From Pristiophorus japonicus (lineage: Eukaryota), in contig NC_091999.1 in assembly GCF_044704955.1 (NCBI RefSeq), positions 10,292,001-10,356,000 on the forward strand: a DNA stretch of 64,000 nucleotides, written 5' to 3'. Positions 40,480-52,409 of this stretch are shown here, in pieces (positions within the stretch are counted from its first letter, which is position 1; the number at the start of each line of letters is the position of its first letter). The notes under the pieces are model-generated. The model was not told where the DNA came from and made no database searches. It saw nothing but the letters and a program-made list of their open reading frames with translations. Made by a program: the position numbers and the translations under genes.

Positions 40480-41000
40480 CCGTGCTGTGCTTGCCCTGGG
40501 AGTCTTTAATTCGATAGTACAGAGAGTGGGGGGCGGGGGACTGGGGGCGGAGTGGTGGGGAGTGGTTACTGTGTATCTAACCCGTGCTGTACATGCCCTG
40601 GGAGTGTTTGATGGGACAGTGTAGAGGCAGGTTTAGTCTGTATCTAACACGGGCTGTACCTGCCCGGGGAGTGTTTCAAGGGACAGTGTTGAGGGAGATT
40701 TATCTGAATCAAAAGCCTGCTGTACCTGCCCTGCGAGTATTTGATGAAAGAGTGCAGAGGAAACTTTACTGTGCATCTAACTCGTGCTTTACCTGTCCCG
40801 GAGTGTTTGATAGGACAGTGTAGAGAGAGCTCCATTCTGTATGTAACCTGTGCTTCAGCTGCCCTGGGAGTGTTTGAGGGGCCAATGAAGTGGGAGCTTT
40901 ACTCTGTATCTAATCTGTGTTGTACCTGTCCTGGGAGTGTTTGATGGGACAGTGTAAAGTGAGCGTTACTATCTATCTAACCCATGCTGTTCCTTTGTGG
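40480..41000. repeat. Tandem satellite, ~67-bp unit (tatctaacccgtgctgtacctgccctgggagtgtttgatgggacagtg...)
   Basis: About 7 copies with ~67-nt periodicity. Confidence 0.9.
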
Positions 41001-41779
41001 GATTGTTTTATATAAAATGTTGATGAACTTGATGAGGAATTTATGTTGATTGTGTTTTGATTCAACTTTCAAATTCATCGTCAAGTGCGAAACGTTAATC
41101 ACTTTGATTCATGGAGTTACTGTGCTTGGTCTCCGTATTGGATGATTAGGAATGTCGAATCACTTCCATTTTTACGAAATTAACATTTCATAGTCATCAA
41201 TAGTGATATTATTCACGTGAAGTCTATCTAGTTTATGCAAATGAACGCATATTTGTGTTGGTGACCTGAGCATAGTAAAACACTGAAACATGACATTTCA
41301 GAATAATTGTAAATAGCGAGGTAGCAAAACCAGGACAATAAAATGGCAGAAGTTACAGTCATAATCTTAACAAAATAATAACAGGAATAACCTGGCATAA
41401 TAATTATCCAGAATAATCATGCAGCAGTGTTCTTTATAAATTGAGAATTAATGTATCACAGAGCGGATTCCCTCTGCCTCCTGTCACCACTGGATGGTGC
41501 TCCAAAATCTCATATGTGTCCAACATTTACAGATCCGAGTTTCACGGTTTCAACGGTGACAGCTGGGGATTTCCGGACACACTTCTGTGTCTTATCACCG
41601 CACATAGGTTTGTATTTTGGGCAAGAGTCTATACACAAACAATAGGTGTTACGGAGCTGGACAAGAGAATGACAGTGAACCCGCAGTGTTTCTCTATTTC
41701 AGGGTCCAATGTCACTGCGAGGTCCGATGGGGGAGGGTAGCAATTCTTCAATCCAACAGACAGTTGTGTCGATCTTACA

Positions 41780-42900
41780 CTAGGCCCTGTATCAGCTTTT
41801 ACTGCACAAGACATGTATCTATTTATATTACACAAATCCCTGTCTCAGTTGTTCCTCTGCTAGACCATGTTTCTATTTATATTACATTAGATCCTGTCGC
41901 TGTTTATATGACACGAGACCATGTCTCTGTTTATATTCCACTGACAGTGTCTCAGTTATTACTGTGCACGACTACGTCTCTCTTTATATTACATTGCATC
42001 CTGTCGCTGTTTATATTATGCCAGACCCTATATCTGTTCACATCACATTGGACCAAGTCTCTATTTATATTACACGAGGCCCTGTCTCTGTTGATATTGA
42101 AATAGGTCCGACAACTCACCAACCTTTCCAGCGACAACTGTATATTTCTCGCTTTTAGCGATTAAGATACTGAAATTATGTTCGTGTAAATTGACATGTA
42201 AATTTCAATCGAGCCATTTTATGTAAATGAACGGAAGCCATTCGCAACGTGTTATGTCACACAAACATGGCGGACTGTACGTCACAAAATGTTGCCCGCT
42301 GGTGTGCCCAGCAGTGGATGACGCCACAATCCTTTTCCACGTTACAGCACCATGATTGGCTGCTTCTGCCATTGTTTCAGGGTAAGGGGTCACGGGCCGT
42401 TTGCTGCAGAGCATAGAGTCCCATTTAGTAAGGTCTGTGACCCCTGACGAAGGTCTGTGACCGCGGGATATCAGCTCTTCAAAGTGCCTAGCGCCGCCCG
42501 AGTTGTTTCTGTCAGATTTGATACTTGATGGGAATTTGAATAAGAATAGGAATGGGAAGAAAATTAAATTTAATTCTTTAAGTATTCCATCATTCAGTAT
42601 GTTGTTTAACAGCAAATATTCATATTGGCTAATAATCGACATGTGAAGTAGGATCATTTATCTAAAGTCGAACATGTTATTGTAAATGTAATTTTGAAAA
42701 TGGAGACAATATTGATTTTATTTATTTCTTGATCCCAGCATGATAAACAGTAAGAATGTAGCCGCAGGTAATTCATCCGCTCAAGCCTTTCCATCATTCT
42801 AAAAATCTACTGCCAATTTCTGGCAGCAAACAGAAATGAATTCCATTGCCTCTTACAGCAAACTAATGGGACGAAATGTGGATAAGTCCCCTTTATCCCG
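41780..42900 (-). repeat. Inverted paralog of window start (~25-830) joined to a short inverted array of the 27-bp satellite
   Basis: ORF 42205-42657 is homologous to ORFs 287-484 and 541-729; satellite units are reverse-complemented. Confidence 0.85.
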
Positions 42901-45670
42901 ATTGCCTGCATGTTATGGTCTTAAAGAGGTTGGCTGCAGAGATAGTGGATCCAATGCTTGTAATCTACCAAGATTCCCTGGATTCTGGCGAGGCCCCAGT
43001 AGACTGGAAAACCGCAAATCTGATGCACTTATTTAAGAAAGGAGAGAGACAGAAAGCAGGAAACTATATCCCAGTTAGCCTAATATCTGTCATTGTAAAA
43101 ATGCTGCAGTCCATCATTGAGGACGTAGTAGCAGGTCTTTTAGAAAATCAGAATGCAGAAAAGCAGCGGCAGCATGGTTACATGAAAGGGAAATCATGTT
43201 TGACGAATTTGCTCCAGTTCTTTCAGGAACTAACGCGCAGGGTGGATATAGAGGAACCAGCAGATGTCGTGTATTTGGATTTCCAGAAAGCATTCAATAA
43301 GATGCCACATAAAAGATTATTGCACAAGGTAAGAGCTCACGGGGTTCGGAGTAATATCTTAGCGTTCATCGTGGATTGGATGACTAACAGAAAAGCAGAC
43401 AGTCGAGATAAATGGGTCATTTTCAGGTTGGCAAACAATAACTAGTGGTTTGCCAAAGGGATCAGTGCTGGGGCCTCAACTATTTACAATTTGTATTAAT
43501 TACTTGGATGAAAGGACCGAGTGTCATATAACCAAATTTACGAATGACACAAAAATTAGTTTGAAAGCAAGTTGTGTGTCGGAAGCAAATAATCAACAAA
43601 GGAACAAAGATGGGGTAATTTATTAGGCAACAATTTGAACAATTGAATATATTGTGGAAAAATGTCAGGTTATCCACTTTGGTAGGAAAAATGAACAGCT
43701 AATTATTATTTTAAATTTGGAGAGAATACAAAATGCAATGGTACAGAGGGATCTGGGGATCTTTGTTCAGGAAACTCAAAAACGCTAGCATGCAGGTACA
43801 AGTAATTAGTAAGGCAAATGCAATGTTGGCCTTTATTGTAATGGGGATAGAATATAAAAGCAGAGAAGTCCTGCTACTACTGTACAGATTATTGGTGAGA
43901 CAACACCTAGTGCATTGCGTACAGTTTGTTCTCCTTATTTAAGGAAAGATACATTTGCATTGGAGGCAGTTCAGAGATGTTTCACGAGATTGATTCCTGA
44001 GATGAAGGGGTTTTCTTCTGAAGAAGGTTGAGTAGGTTGGTCATGTACTTATTGGAGTTCCAAAGACAGAGGTGTTCTATTGAAACGTATACGATTCTGA
44101 GGGGACTTAACACAGTACATGCAGAGTGGATAGTTACCCCAGTGCGGGTATCTAGAATTCGGGGGCATAGTTTCAGATAAGGGGTCGCCCCTTTAAACAT
44201 AGAAACATAGAAAATAGGTGCAGGAGTAGGCCATTCGGCCCTTCGAGCCTGCACCACCATTCAATATGATCATGGCTGATTCTGAAACCTTCGTACCCCA
44301 TTCCTGCTTTCCATCCATATCCTTGATCCCTTTAGCATTAAGGGCCACATCTAAGTCCCTTTTGAATATATCCAACGTACTGGCCTCATAAACTTCCTGT
44401 GGTAAAGAATTCCACAGGTTCACAATTCTCTGAGTGAAACAGTTTCTCATCATCTCGGTCCTAATTGGCTTACCACTTATCCTTACACTGTGACCCCTGG
44501 TTCTGGACTTCCCCAACATCGGAACATTCTTCCTGCATCTAACCTGTCCAATTCCGTCAGAATTTTAAATGTTCTTCTCAATTCAAGTGAATAAAAGCCT
44601 CTTCGATGCAGTCTTTCTTCATATATCACTCCTGCCATTCCGGGCATCAGTCTGGTGATCCTTCGCTGCACTCCCTTAATAGCAAGAATATCCTTGTTCA
44701 GATTAGGAGAACAAAACTGTACACAATATTCAAGGCTTGGCATCAGCAAGGACCTGTACAACTGCAGAAAAACCTCCCTGCTCCTATACTCAAATACTCT
44801 CGGTATGAAAGCCAATATGCCATGTGACTTCTTCACCGCCTGCTGTACCTGCATGCCAACTTTCAATGACGGATGTACCATGACACCCAGGTCTCGTTGC
44901 ACCTCTCTTTTTCATAATCTGTCAAAATTCGGAAAATATTCTTGCTTCCTGTTTTTGCCACCAAAGTGGATAATCTCACATTTATCTACATTATACAGCA
45001 TCTGCCATGCATTTGCCGACTCAGCTAACCTGTCCAATCACATTGCAGCCTCTGAGCATCATCCTCACAACTCACACGACCACCCAGCGGAATGTCACCT
45101 GCAAACTTGGAGATATTACATTCGCATCCTTCCTTTAAATAAATAATGTAAATTGTGAATAGCTGAGGACCCAGCACTCAAACCTGTGCTACCCCATTAG
45201 CCATTCTGAAAAGGACCCGTTTATTCCTACCCTTTCTTTCCTGTCTGCCAACCAGTTCTCTATCCACATCAATACATTAGCCCCAATACCATGTGCTTTA
45301 ATTTTGCACACTAATCTCTTGTGTGGAACCTTGTCAAAAGCCTTTTGAAATTCCAAATACACCACATCCCCGGATCCTCCCTTGTCCACTCTACTAGTTA
45401 AATACAAAGTAAGGAGGAATTTCTTCTCTCAAGAGGTCGCGAATCATTGGGATTCTCTACCTCAGAGAGTTGTGAAGTGTCGTTCATTGGATTTATTTAA
45501 GGTGGAGATATACAGATTTTTGAACGATTACGGAGTCAAGGTTTATGGGGATCGGCCGTGGAAGAGGGGTTGAGGCCAGAATCAGATCTGCCATGATATT
45601 TTTGAATGGCGGAGCAGGATCGAGAAGCCAAATGGCCTACTCCTGCTCCTATTTCTTATTTTCTGATGTT
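42890..45670. mobile_element. Three CR1 LINE pieces (+ ~42890-44195, - ~44196-45400, + ~45405-45670)
   Basis: RT motifs NYIPVSL, QHGY, YLDFQKAF, LEYCVQF. Confidence 0.9.
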
Positions 45671-46259
45671 GTTATGTTTTCCTTACTTAATAATTCTCTT
45701 GAGGTCGCTGAGGATCCCAGGATTTATTGGCCATTCCGCAGATTCCCCTTGATAAGCTGATGGTGGTCCTTTTTCTTGGACTGGTGTATTTCTGCTCTTT
45801 ACACCGTTTGATACAATTGACTGGCTTACTAGGCCAATTCACCGAACAGTCAAGAGATAACTAATGTTGTGTGTGGCAACGGAGTCCCATAAGGGACAGA
45901 GGCGGATAAAGCGGCAGTTTTCCTGCCCAATTAAGAACATTGGTGATGGAGTTGGGGTTTTACCACAATCCGAGTTTCCGGATCATTTTTACCAACCACT
46001 GCTTCTTATTTATTTGTAAAACATTTGAATTCAAATTTCTAAACTAGCATAGTAGAAGTTGAACAAGCACACTCTAGATTATTAGCTCACACCTCGGGAT
46101 TATTTGTTGAGTAAGAGAAGCAGCACACTACTACACGCCTTAAAACTTCATTTTCTTTGCATCAACCAATCGATATGACAGTGTCAAGAGTAATATAAAC
46201 AGAGAGTTGGTTTAGTGCAGCCATAACTCAGACAGGTACAAATGTAATGTAATACGAGA

Positions 46260-46600
46260 TATTTAGATAGAGACAGATGGAAAGAAATAGATAGAGAAAC
46301 AGATTGAAATGAAGAGAATGGAAGAGAGTAAGAGATAATGAGAGAGTGAAACAATGCGAGATTGAGACAGAGAGAGATACAGAGCGAAGAACAGAGAGAG
46401 TGAGAGCGAGAGAGATACAGATAAAAGGACATTGTGAGAGACAGAGAGACAGGTAGACAGCGAAATAGGCAGACAGAGACACGAAGAAAATGAGATACAT
46501 ACAGTGAGAATCAGATTGAGACGAGAGACACAGAGATTGTGAAAAAAATAGACAGTGACATAGAGTGACAGAGAAAGGACCACAGCGAGAGAAACAGATA
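46260..46600. repeat. GA-rich simple repeat (duplicated at ~54460-54800)
   Basis: Direct reading. Confidence 0.85.
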
Positions 46601-46992
46601 GATGAGCTGAAGCAATTGTTTTACATCGTTAAACTAAAAAAAGGAAGAAGAGATATCAAATAATTATGAATAAAGACTGGATACAAAGGGTGAGATGGGA
46701 AAGGCATGCAAAGAAAGGGCATTGAAAGAAAATGTGCCACAGATGCCGTTGCGCTGTGTATTTCTATTTTAAATATGCTTTAAATTCACCAGCTAATTAC
46801 ACCAGTGACCGTCACCGCTTCTTGTTCAGAATTGTGTTTTATTTGACTTTTAAGAAAGTCCCTGTGAGTCTCACTCTGGAGGCTGAATTATCGCTTCTGT
46901 TTATCAGCGTGAGAGCGCCCTCTGGTGAGCACTGACTGGAATTCTCAGTGTGGGTTTTTGTACGGGCTCTGCCATATATCTGCACCAGTGTG

Positions 46993-47439
46993 GGGCTCAT
47001 GGCACAGAAATACACGGCGGTGTCTGAGATCAAGGCCTTGCTGATCGTTAGCTTGGTAATCTTAGTCGTTTTATGAAACACAGAAGAGAATCGGTCAGTG
47101 AAGTCGGGGTTTCGATTTACTGTCGTTCCAATAAGGTAAAACACGTACTGAGGGTTCTGCCCGTGGTGCTGACTGTACCAGAACACAGAAGGGTTAGCAT
47201 AGCTGGTTTTCAAGCTGCAGTTTAGTGTCACATTCCTTTCCTCTTCAACCATCATTTCGAGAACCAACTGTTCCACTGTGTCTTGTTGGCTCCATTCTAA
47301 AAAAAAATAATAGTAATTGTCATCATCACATTATCAATTTACCAATAATAACATCAGGGGCAGAATTATTACTTATTCAAAGGAAATACTGACTGATAAG
47401 TGATATAATGATGAAGAGCGGTGCGAGACGTTTCCACAT
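46993..47439 (-). CDS. TRAV: TCR alpha/delta V segment, apparently functional (leader 47439-47394, V exon 47296-46993)
   Basis: MWKRLAPLFIIISLI; QQDTVEQ..TLNC..FWYSQ..DTAVYFCAM; RSS CACACTG-24-ACAAAAACC at 46992-46953. Confidence 0.9.
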
Positions 47440-47947
47440 GATGTTCCCTGAGTCACGCACTCTGCAGTCCTGGAAATTCTCTGTCGGAGCAGCAATACAG
47501 ATCCCTGCTCCACTGCACTGCTGGTCCAACCAATGTGAAGCAGGGAACAGCGACAGCGATCTCTCCAATTACACAGGTGAGGAAAGGCGTGGCAGAGCGA
47601 CAGCAGCAAATGGAAGCTGTGGGCGTGGCTGTCACGTGCAGTGTTTTCATAGGTAGGATCCATCTGTGAGACACGAATTGCAAAATGATTACATTATTCG
47701 ACAGTTACCGAAATCTTCAACAGTGAAGTCGGTTAAAACTAGGTGCTGAATTCAGCGATGGGAAAGAGAACAAAACTGTAAGGAAAAGTATAACATTAAT
47801 GAGCTGAAATGTGAAATCAAAAGTAATTTTATCCTAATTTATATTGAATAATATAATTGCGGATTGACCACTGTCCTTTGACTGAACTGGCCATTTTCGG
47901 AACAGATTTGTCTGTTACCCAATCTATTCACACTTTGCTCAGAGAGG

Positions 47948-48270
47948 AGAAGTTGTACCAGAGCGGGACGTTTCCCCATACTCTGGCACTCAGCACAGCA
48001 ATAGGTTCCGGTATCCACAAACTCTGCATGGACGAAGCCCAGTGTGCTCAGACTTTGATCCCGGTTGGTACGGATATTAAACCGGATTTGATCGCGTTCT
48101 GATTTGAATCCACAATGGATGTATCTCGGGGCCGTGCTCACTAGCCGGCTGTCCCAATAGATGTTGTCAGTCTTGCTCAACCCACGCTGGATTCTGACAG
48201 GATTTCCTTCCACTGTCAAGTCTCAGGCAGGTAGAGAATTCATGGCCAAACTCGGTGCAACTTTCGACAA
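47948..48270 (-). pseudogene. Degenerate TCR V pseudogene; RSS-like CAGAGTA-22-ACAACTTCT
   Basis: EGNPVRIQR(C lost)..IYW..APRYI..RFNI..DTGTYCCA. Confidence 0.65.
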
Positions 48271-48991
48271 AATGTAATATTTTCCTGGAATGTACAGCAT
48301 AGAAACAGCTCATAGAATCAGAGAACAATTGGGAAATAGAGAAGAGAAAGAGTTAAATAAATTTCGAAATGAACAGGGTTCGAAACATAGGTGGAGGAAA
48401 AGAAAGTGAAACTACGAAAGAAAGAATGAGAAAGACAAAGAGACAAAGCCCTGCAATAATGAGAGTGCAGAGGACAGCAAATGAGAAAAGGGGGAAAGAG
48501 AAGTGAAAGAAGGTGATAAATAATGAGAGAAGGACAACACTAACACGTAAAACATGTTCTTTGCTTTACATTCCCTCACATTTCAGTTCCGCCTATTTAG
48601 ACAGTTGAATTGTCTGAAACAATAGTCTCAAATAATAGGCCGCTGGAAACCACCCAATCGATGAACTCACACTTTACTCTGACCGTTATCCAGACTGTGT
48701 GAAATCCTCAGATTCACCGTCAGAGGGCGCCGGGGACACATGTTTCTCTCCATTATCTCCCGGAAATTCGAGAGACAAATCTTGCTGTAACACTGTCCAA
48801 GGCAGCCCAGCCCACAGCTTCCATTTTCCGCTCTCGCTCAGACCCGTTGCCAGCCTTGTGTTATTGGAGAGATTGCTACCGCTGCTCCCTGTTTGCATTG
48901 GTGGGATCAGCTTTGCAGTGGCGCGGGGATCTATAATTCTGCTCCCACAGAGGATTTCCCGGACTGCAGAGTTACAGACTGAGGGAGCAGC

Positions 48992-49534
48992 ATGGGGAAC
49001 CGGCTCACAGCACTCCTCATCGTTATATCACTTCTCAGTAATTCTTTCCTTGTCATTAAAAATCCATTTTCATATGGACTGTTGTAACTAAGCTGTTATT
49101 ATTGGTAAAATGATGTTGATGATTATGTTGATTGGGATTATGGTGATGCTGATGATGAAGATGGTGATGATTACAATTATTTTATTTTATAATGGAGCCA
49201 CCAAGACACAATGGAACAGCTGGTCCATGAAATGACAATTGAAGAGGAAAGTAATGTCACACTAACCTGCAACTTGAAAACAGGCGATACTGCCCCTTAT
49301 ATGTACTGGTACAGTCAGCACCCCGGGAAGCAGCCATCGTCCGTGCTTCACCTTATCGGAGGGGATGTACACAGGAACACTGACATCACTGATGGATTCT
49401 TCTCTACGTTTATTAAAATTACCAAGATTACCGTGCTCACGATCGGCAAAGCCCTGATCTCCGACACCGCCGTGTATTTCTGTGCGATTGAACCCACACA
49501 GCTACAGAGTTATTGTGGATCCCTTACATAAACC
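48992..49534 (+). pseudogene. TCR V segment with intact frames but splice acceptor AG mutated to AT (ORF/pseudogene); RSS CACACAG-24-ACATAAACC
   Basis: Leader 48992-49037 MGNRLTALLIVISLL; exon 49191-49494 open; ttttat|aatgg versus ttttag|aatgg in paralogs. Confidence 0.82.
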
Positions 49535-49829
49535 CCCGCTGAGAGTTCCAGTTGCTGAGAACCAGAGGGCGCTCTCACAGAAGCAATAATTCAGCCTGCT
49601 CAGTCAGTATCACAGGGAGATTCTTTAAAGGCGACAAAACTAAACCAACGACGAGTCTGCCATTCGGCTTCTGTCTTCATGACAGCGTCGGAGTGACACA
49701 ATCTCCATGATTTAGGTCTTAAAATACATGTTCCATCGGGGAAAGAACAAACCATCGAGTGTTTGCAATTCAGAACCTAAAAATGTTGCAAATTAGAGAA
49801 AAGAGAAAACGTGTTTCATGCAGAATCAT

Positions 49830-49959
49830 CAGTGCCATCGATTTACCAATAATAACACCTGGGTCACAACAGCCCGGGGGAGGATGGACTTTTTTCTGGG
49901 AATGCAATATCACTGCGAAGTGATATAATGATGAGGAACGGTGCGAGACGGTTTGGCAT
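49830..49959 (-). pseudogene. Orphan V leader exon and partial intron with no V exon
   Basis: MPNRLAPFLIIISLR, same family as the 47439 and 55637 leaders. Confidence 0.7.
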
Positions 49960-50244
49960 GATACCCTTGAGTCTGGATTTCTGCAGTCTGCGAAATTCAC
50001 ATTCGGAGCAGAAATAAAGATGTTCGCCCAACTGCATTGTTAATCCAACCAATGTTAAACAAGAAACGGCGGGAGCAATATCTCCAATAACTCAGGGCAG
50101 GCATGGTGGGTCAGAGTGTGTGGAGCAAATGTAAGCTGTGAGTGGAGCTGGTAAAGTGGGAGGGAGAATAAATAAATAGTCACCTGATCTCTTCGTCTGA
50201 TCCATCTGCACCTCATCTCATCCCATTCTGCTGAAACATGTCAG

Positions 50245-51245
50245 TCATAGAAACATAAAACATAGATGCAGAGAAAATAGATGCAGGAGTAGGCCATTCG
50301 GCCCTTCGAGCCTGCACCGCCATTCAATGAGTTCATGGCTGAACATGCAACTTCATTACCCAATTCCTGCTGTCTTGCCATAGCCCTTGATCGCCGTGGT
50401 AGTAAGGACTACATCGATTCCTTTTTGAATATATTCAGTGAATTGGCCTCAGCAAATTTCTGTGGTAGAGAATTCCACAGGTTCACCACGCTCTGGATGA
50501 AGACGTTTCTCCTCATCTCGGTCCTAAATGGTTTACCCCTTATCCTTCGACTGGGGCCCCTGGTTCTGGACATCCTCAACATTGGGAACATTCTTCCTGC
50601 ATCTAACCAGTCTAAACCTGTCAGAATTTTAACGTTTCTATGAGATCCCCTCTCATTCTTCTGAACCCCAGTGAATACAAGCCCAGTTGATCCAGTCTTT
50701 CTTGATATGTCAGTCCCGCCATGCCGGGAATCAGTCTGGTGAACCTTCGCAGCACTCCCCCAATAGCAAGAAAGTCCTTCCTCAAGTTAGGAGACCAAAA
50801 CTGTACACAATACTCCTGGTGTGGCCTCACCGAGGCCCTGTACAACTGTAGTAACACCTCCCTGCACCTAAACTCAAATCCCTCGCTATGAAGGCCAACA
50901 TGCCATTTGCTTTCTTAACTGCCAGCTGTACTTGCATGCCAACCTTCAATGGTTGATGTACCATGTCACCCAGATCTCGTTGCACGTCCCCTTTTCCTAA
51001 TCTGTCACAATTCAGATCATAGTCTGTCTCTCTCTTTTTACCACCAAAGTGGATAAACTCACATTTATCCACATTATACTTCATCAGCCATGCATTTACC
51101 CACTCACTTAACCTATCCAAGTCACTCTGCAGCCATATAGCATCCTCCTCGCAGCTCACACAGCCACTCAACTTAGTGTCATCCGCAAATTTGGAGATAC
51201 TACATTTAATCCCCTCGTCTAAATCATTCACGTGCAATGTAAACA
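50245..51245 (-). mobile_element. CR1 LINE 3' fragment
   Basis: KFADDTKL, QRDLG, EYCVQFWSP motifs. Confidence 0.92.
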
Positions 51246-51859
51246 TAATTCCCAATTTCATTCATATAACAGGTGGCGTTTTTATAATTTACCATATCGT
51301 TGTGTTCGAATACCCCAGGACCGGCTTGCTGTCTTTATTAACCTTTATATCACCAGTGGGTAGATCTAATGGTCAGTGAGCAGCTCCTGCAGTTGGAGCC
51401 CGTTCTGATACGTGTACAACAGTAACTGTTTCCCTTTCCTGCCCCAAATTGATGGATTGCACCAGATTCGAGAATTGAGACCCCGTTGCATCTGAAAACA
51501 GTGAGCGATTTGCTGTCGAAACAATGTGAAATTTATATTTCTATCCGTTCAAGGACCTGTACTCATCAGTTCAAGGCGGCAGCAAATAGATTGCACCGAG
51601 GGAATGTGGCTGTGCTGATTGTGTCCAGAAAGGGAAGCAAGATATGAAAAACAACCTATGACTCAGGAATGAGTGGGTGCAGATTGTTATATGATCTTCT
51701 GGAATTGTCTGACGGATTGTTAAAAGTGTTGGCGCATTGCTGAGACGTAAGGAATCCAATTCTGGAATAGTTTGCTTCGAGTCTATTCCTCATTCATCTC
51801 AAAATATTGACAACTGAACATACATCAGTATCCTCCTTAAGATATCAATCATTGTGTCC

Positions 51860-51942
51860 CCGTCTGTGTTTATTCTGGTATGTGTGTCTGTGTATGTTTG
51901 AGCGTGTGTCTATCTATTTTTCTCTGTTTCTGTGCATTTCTG

Positions 51943-51988
<46 letters not shown>

Positions 51989-52150
51989 TGCCTATGAGTG
52001 TGTGCGGGAGAGAGAGAATGTGGTTGTGTGTTTGAATGTGTGAATGGGTGTGCATGTGTGCCTGTGTGTGGTTGCGTGTGTGTGTGTATATCTATGTGTA
52101 TGAGTTTGTGTGTGTGTCTGCGTGTGTGTGTTTGAATGTTCCTGTGGCTG
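51860..52150. repeat. (TG)n microsatellite and degenerate flanks
   Basis: Direct reading. Confidence 0.92.
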
Positions 52151-52409
52151 TGCCTGTGGTAATGTATTTTTTCCTCCAATGCTCTGCATGATGCTTGTAT
52201 TTGACAGAAGGGTGCGCATCTGATTACTTTTTAAAGAACTTGCATCTCAAGCAAAGTACAAGTAAATATACGTCAATAAGCTCCAAATATGTCAAACATT
52301 GTGTGTATTTTTGTTAATGTTGGTATGTGTGTGTAACCTGTATTTTTATGACTGCAACTATTAATGCGACGCATTGACGGCAGGAATGTCTTCACATTAC
52401 CTTAAAAAC

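Noticed and set aside
41235-41770. Possible IgH V relic (octamer at 41235; acceptor followed by VQCHCEVR)
   Set aside because: Only a few residues match, no leader or framework follows, and the sequence runs into satellite
46184-46583. Hydrophobic S/L-rich ORFs (also 54387-54781, 51807-52219, 35847-36087)
   Set aside because: Translations of simple repeats
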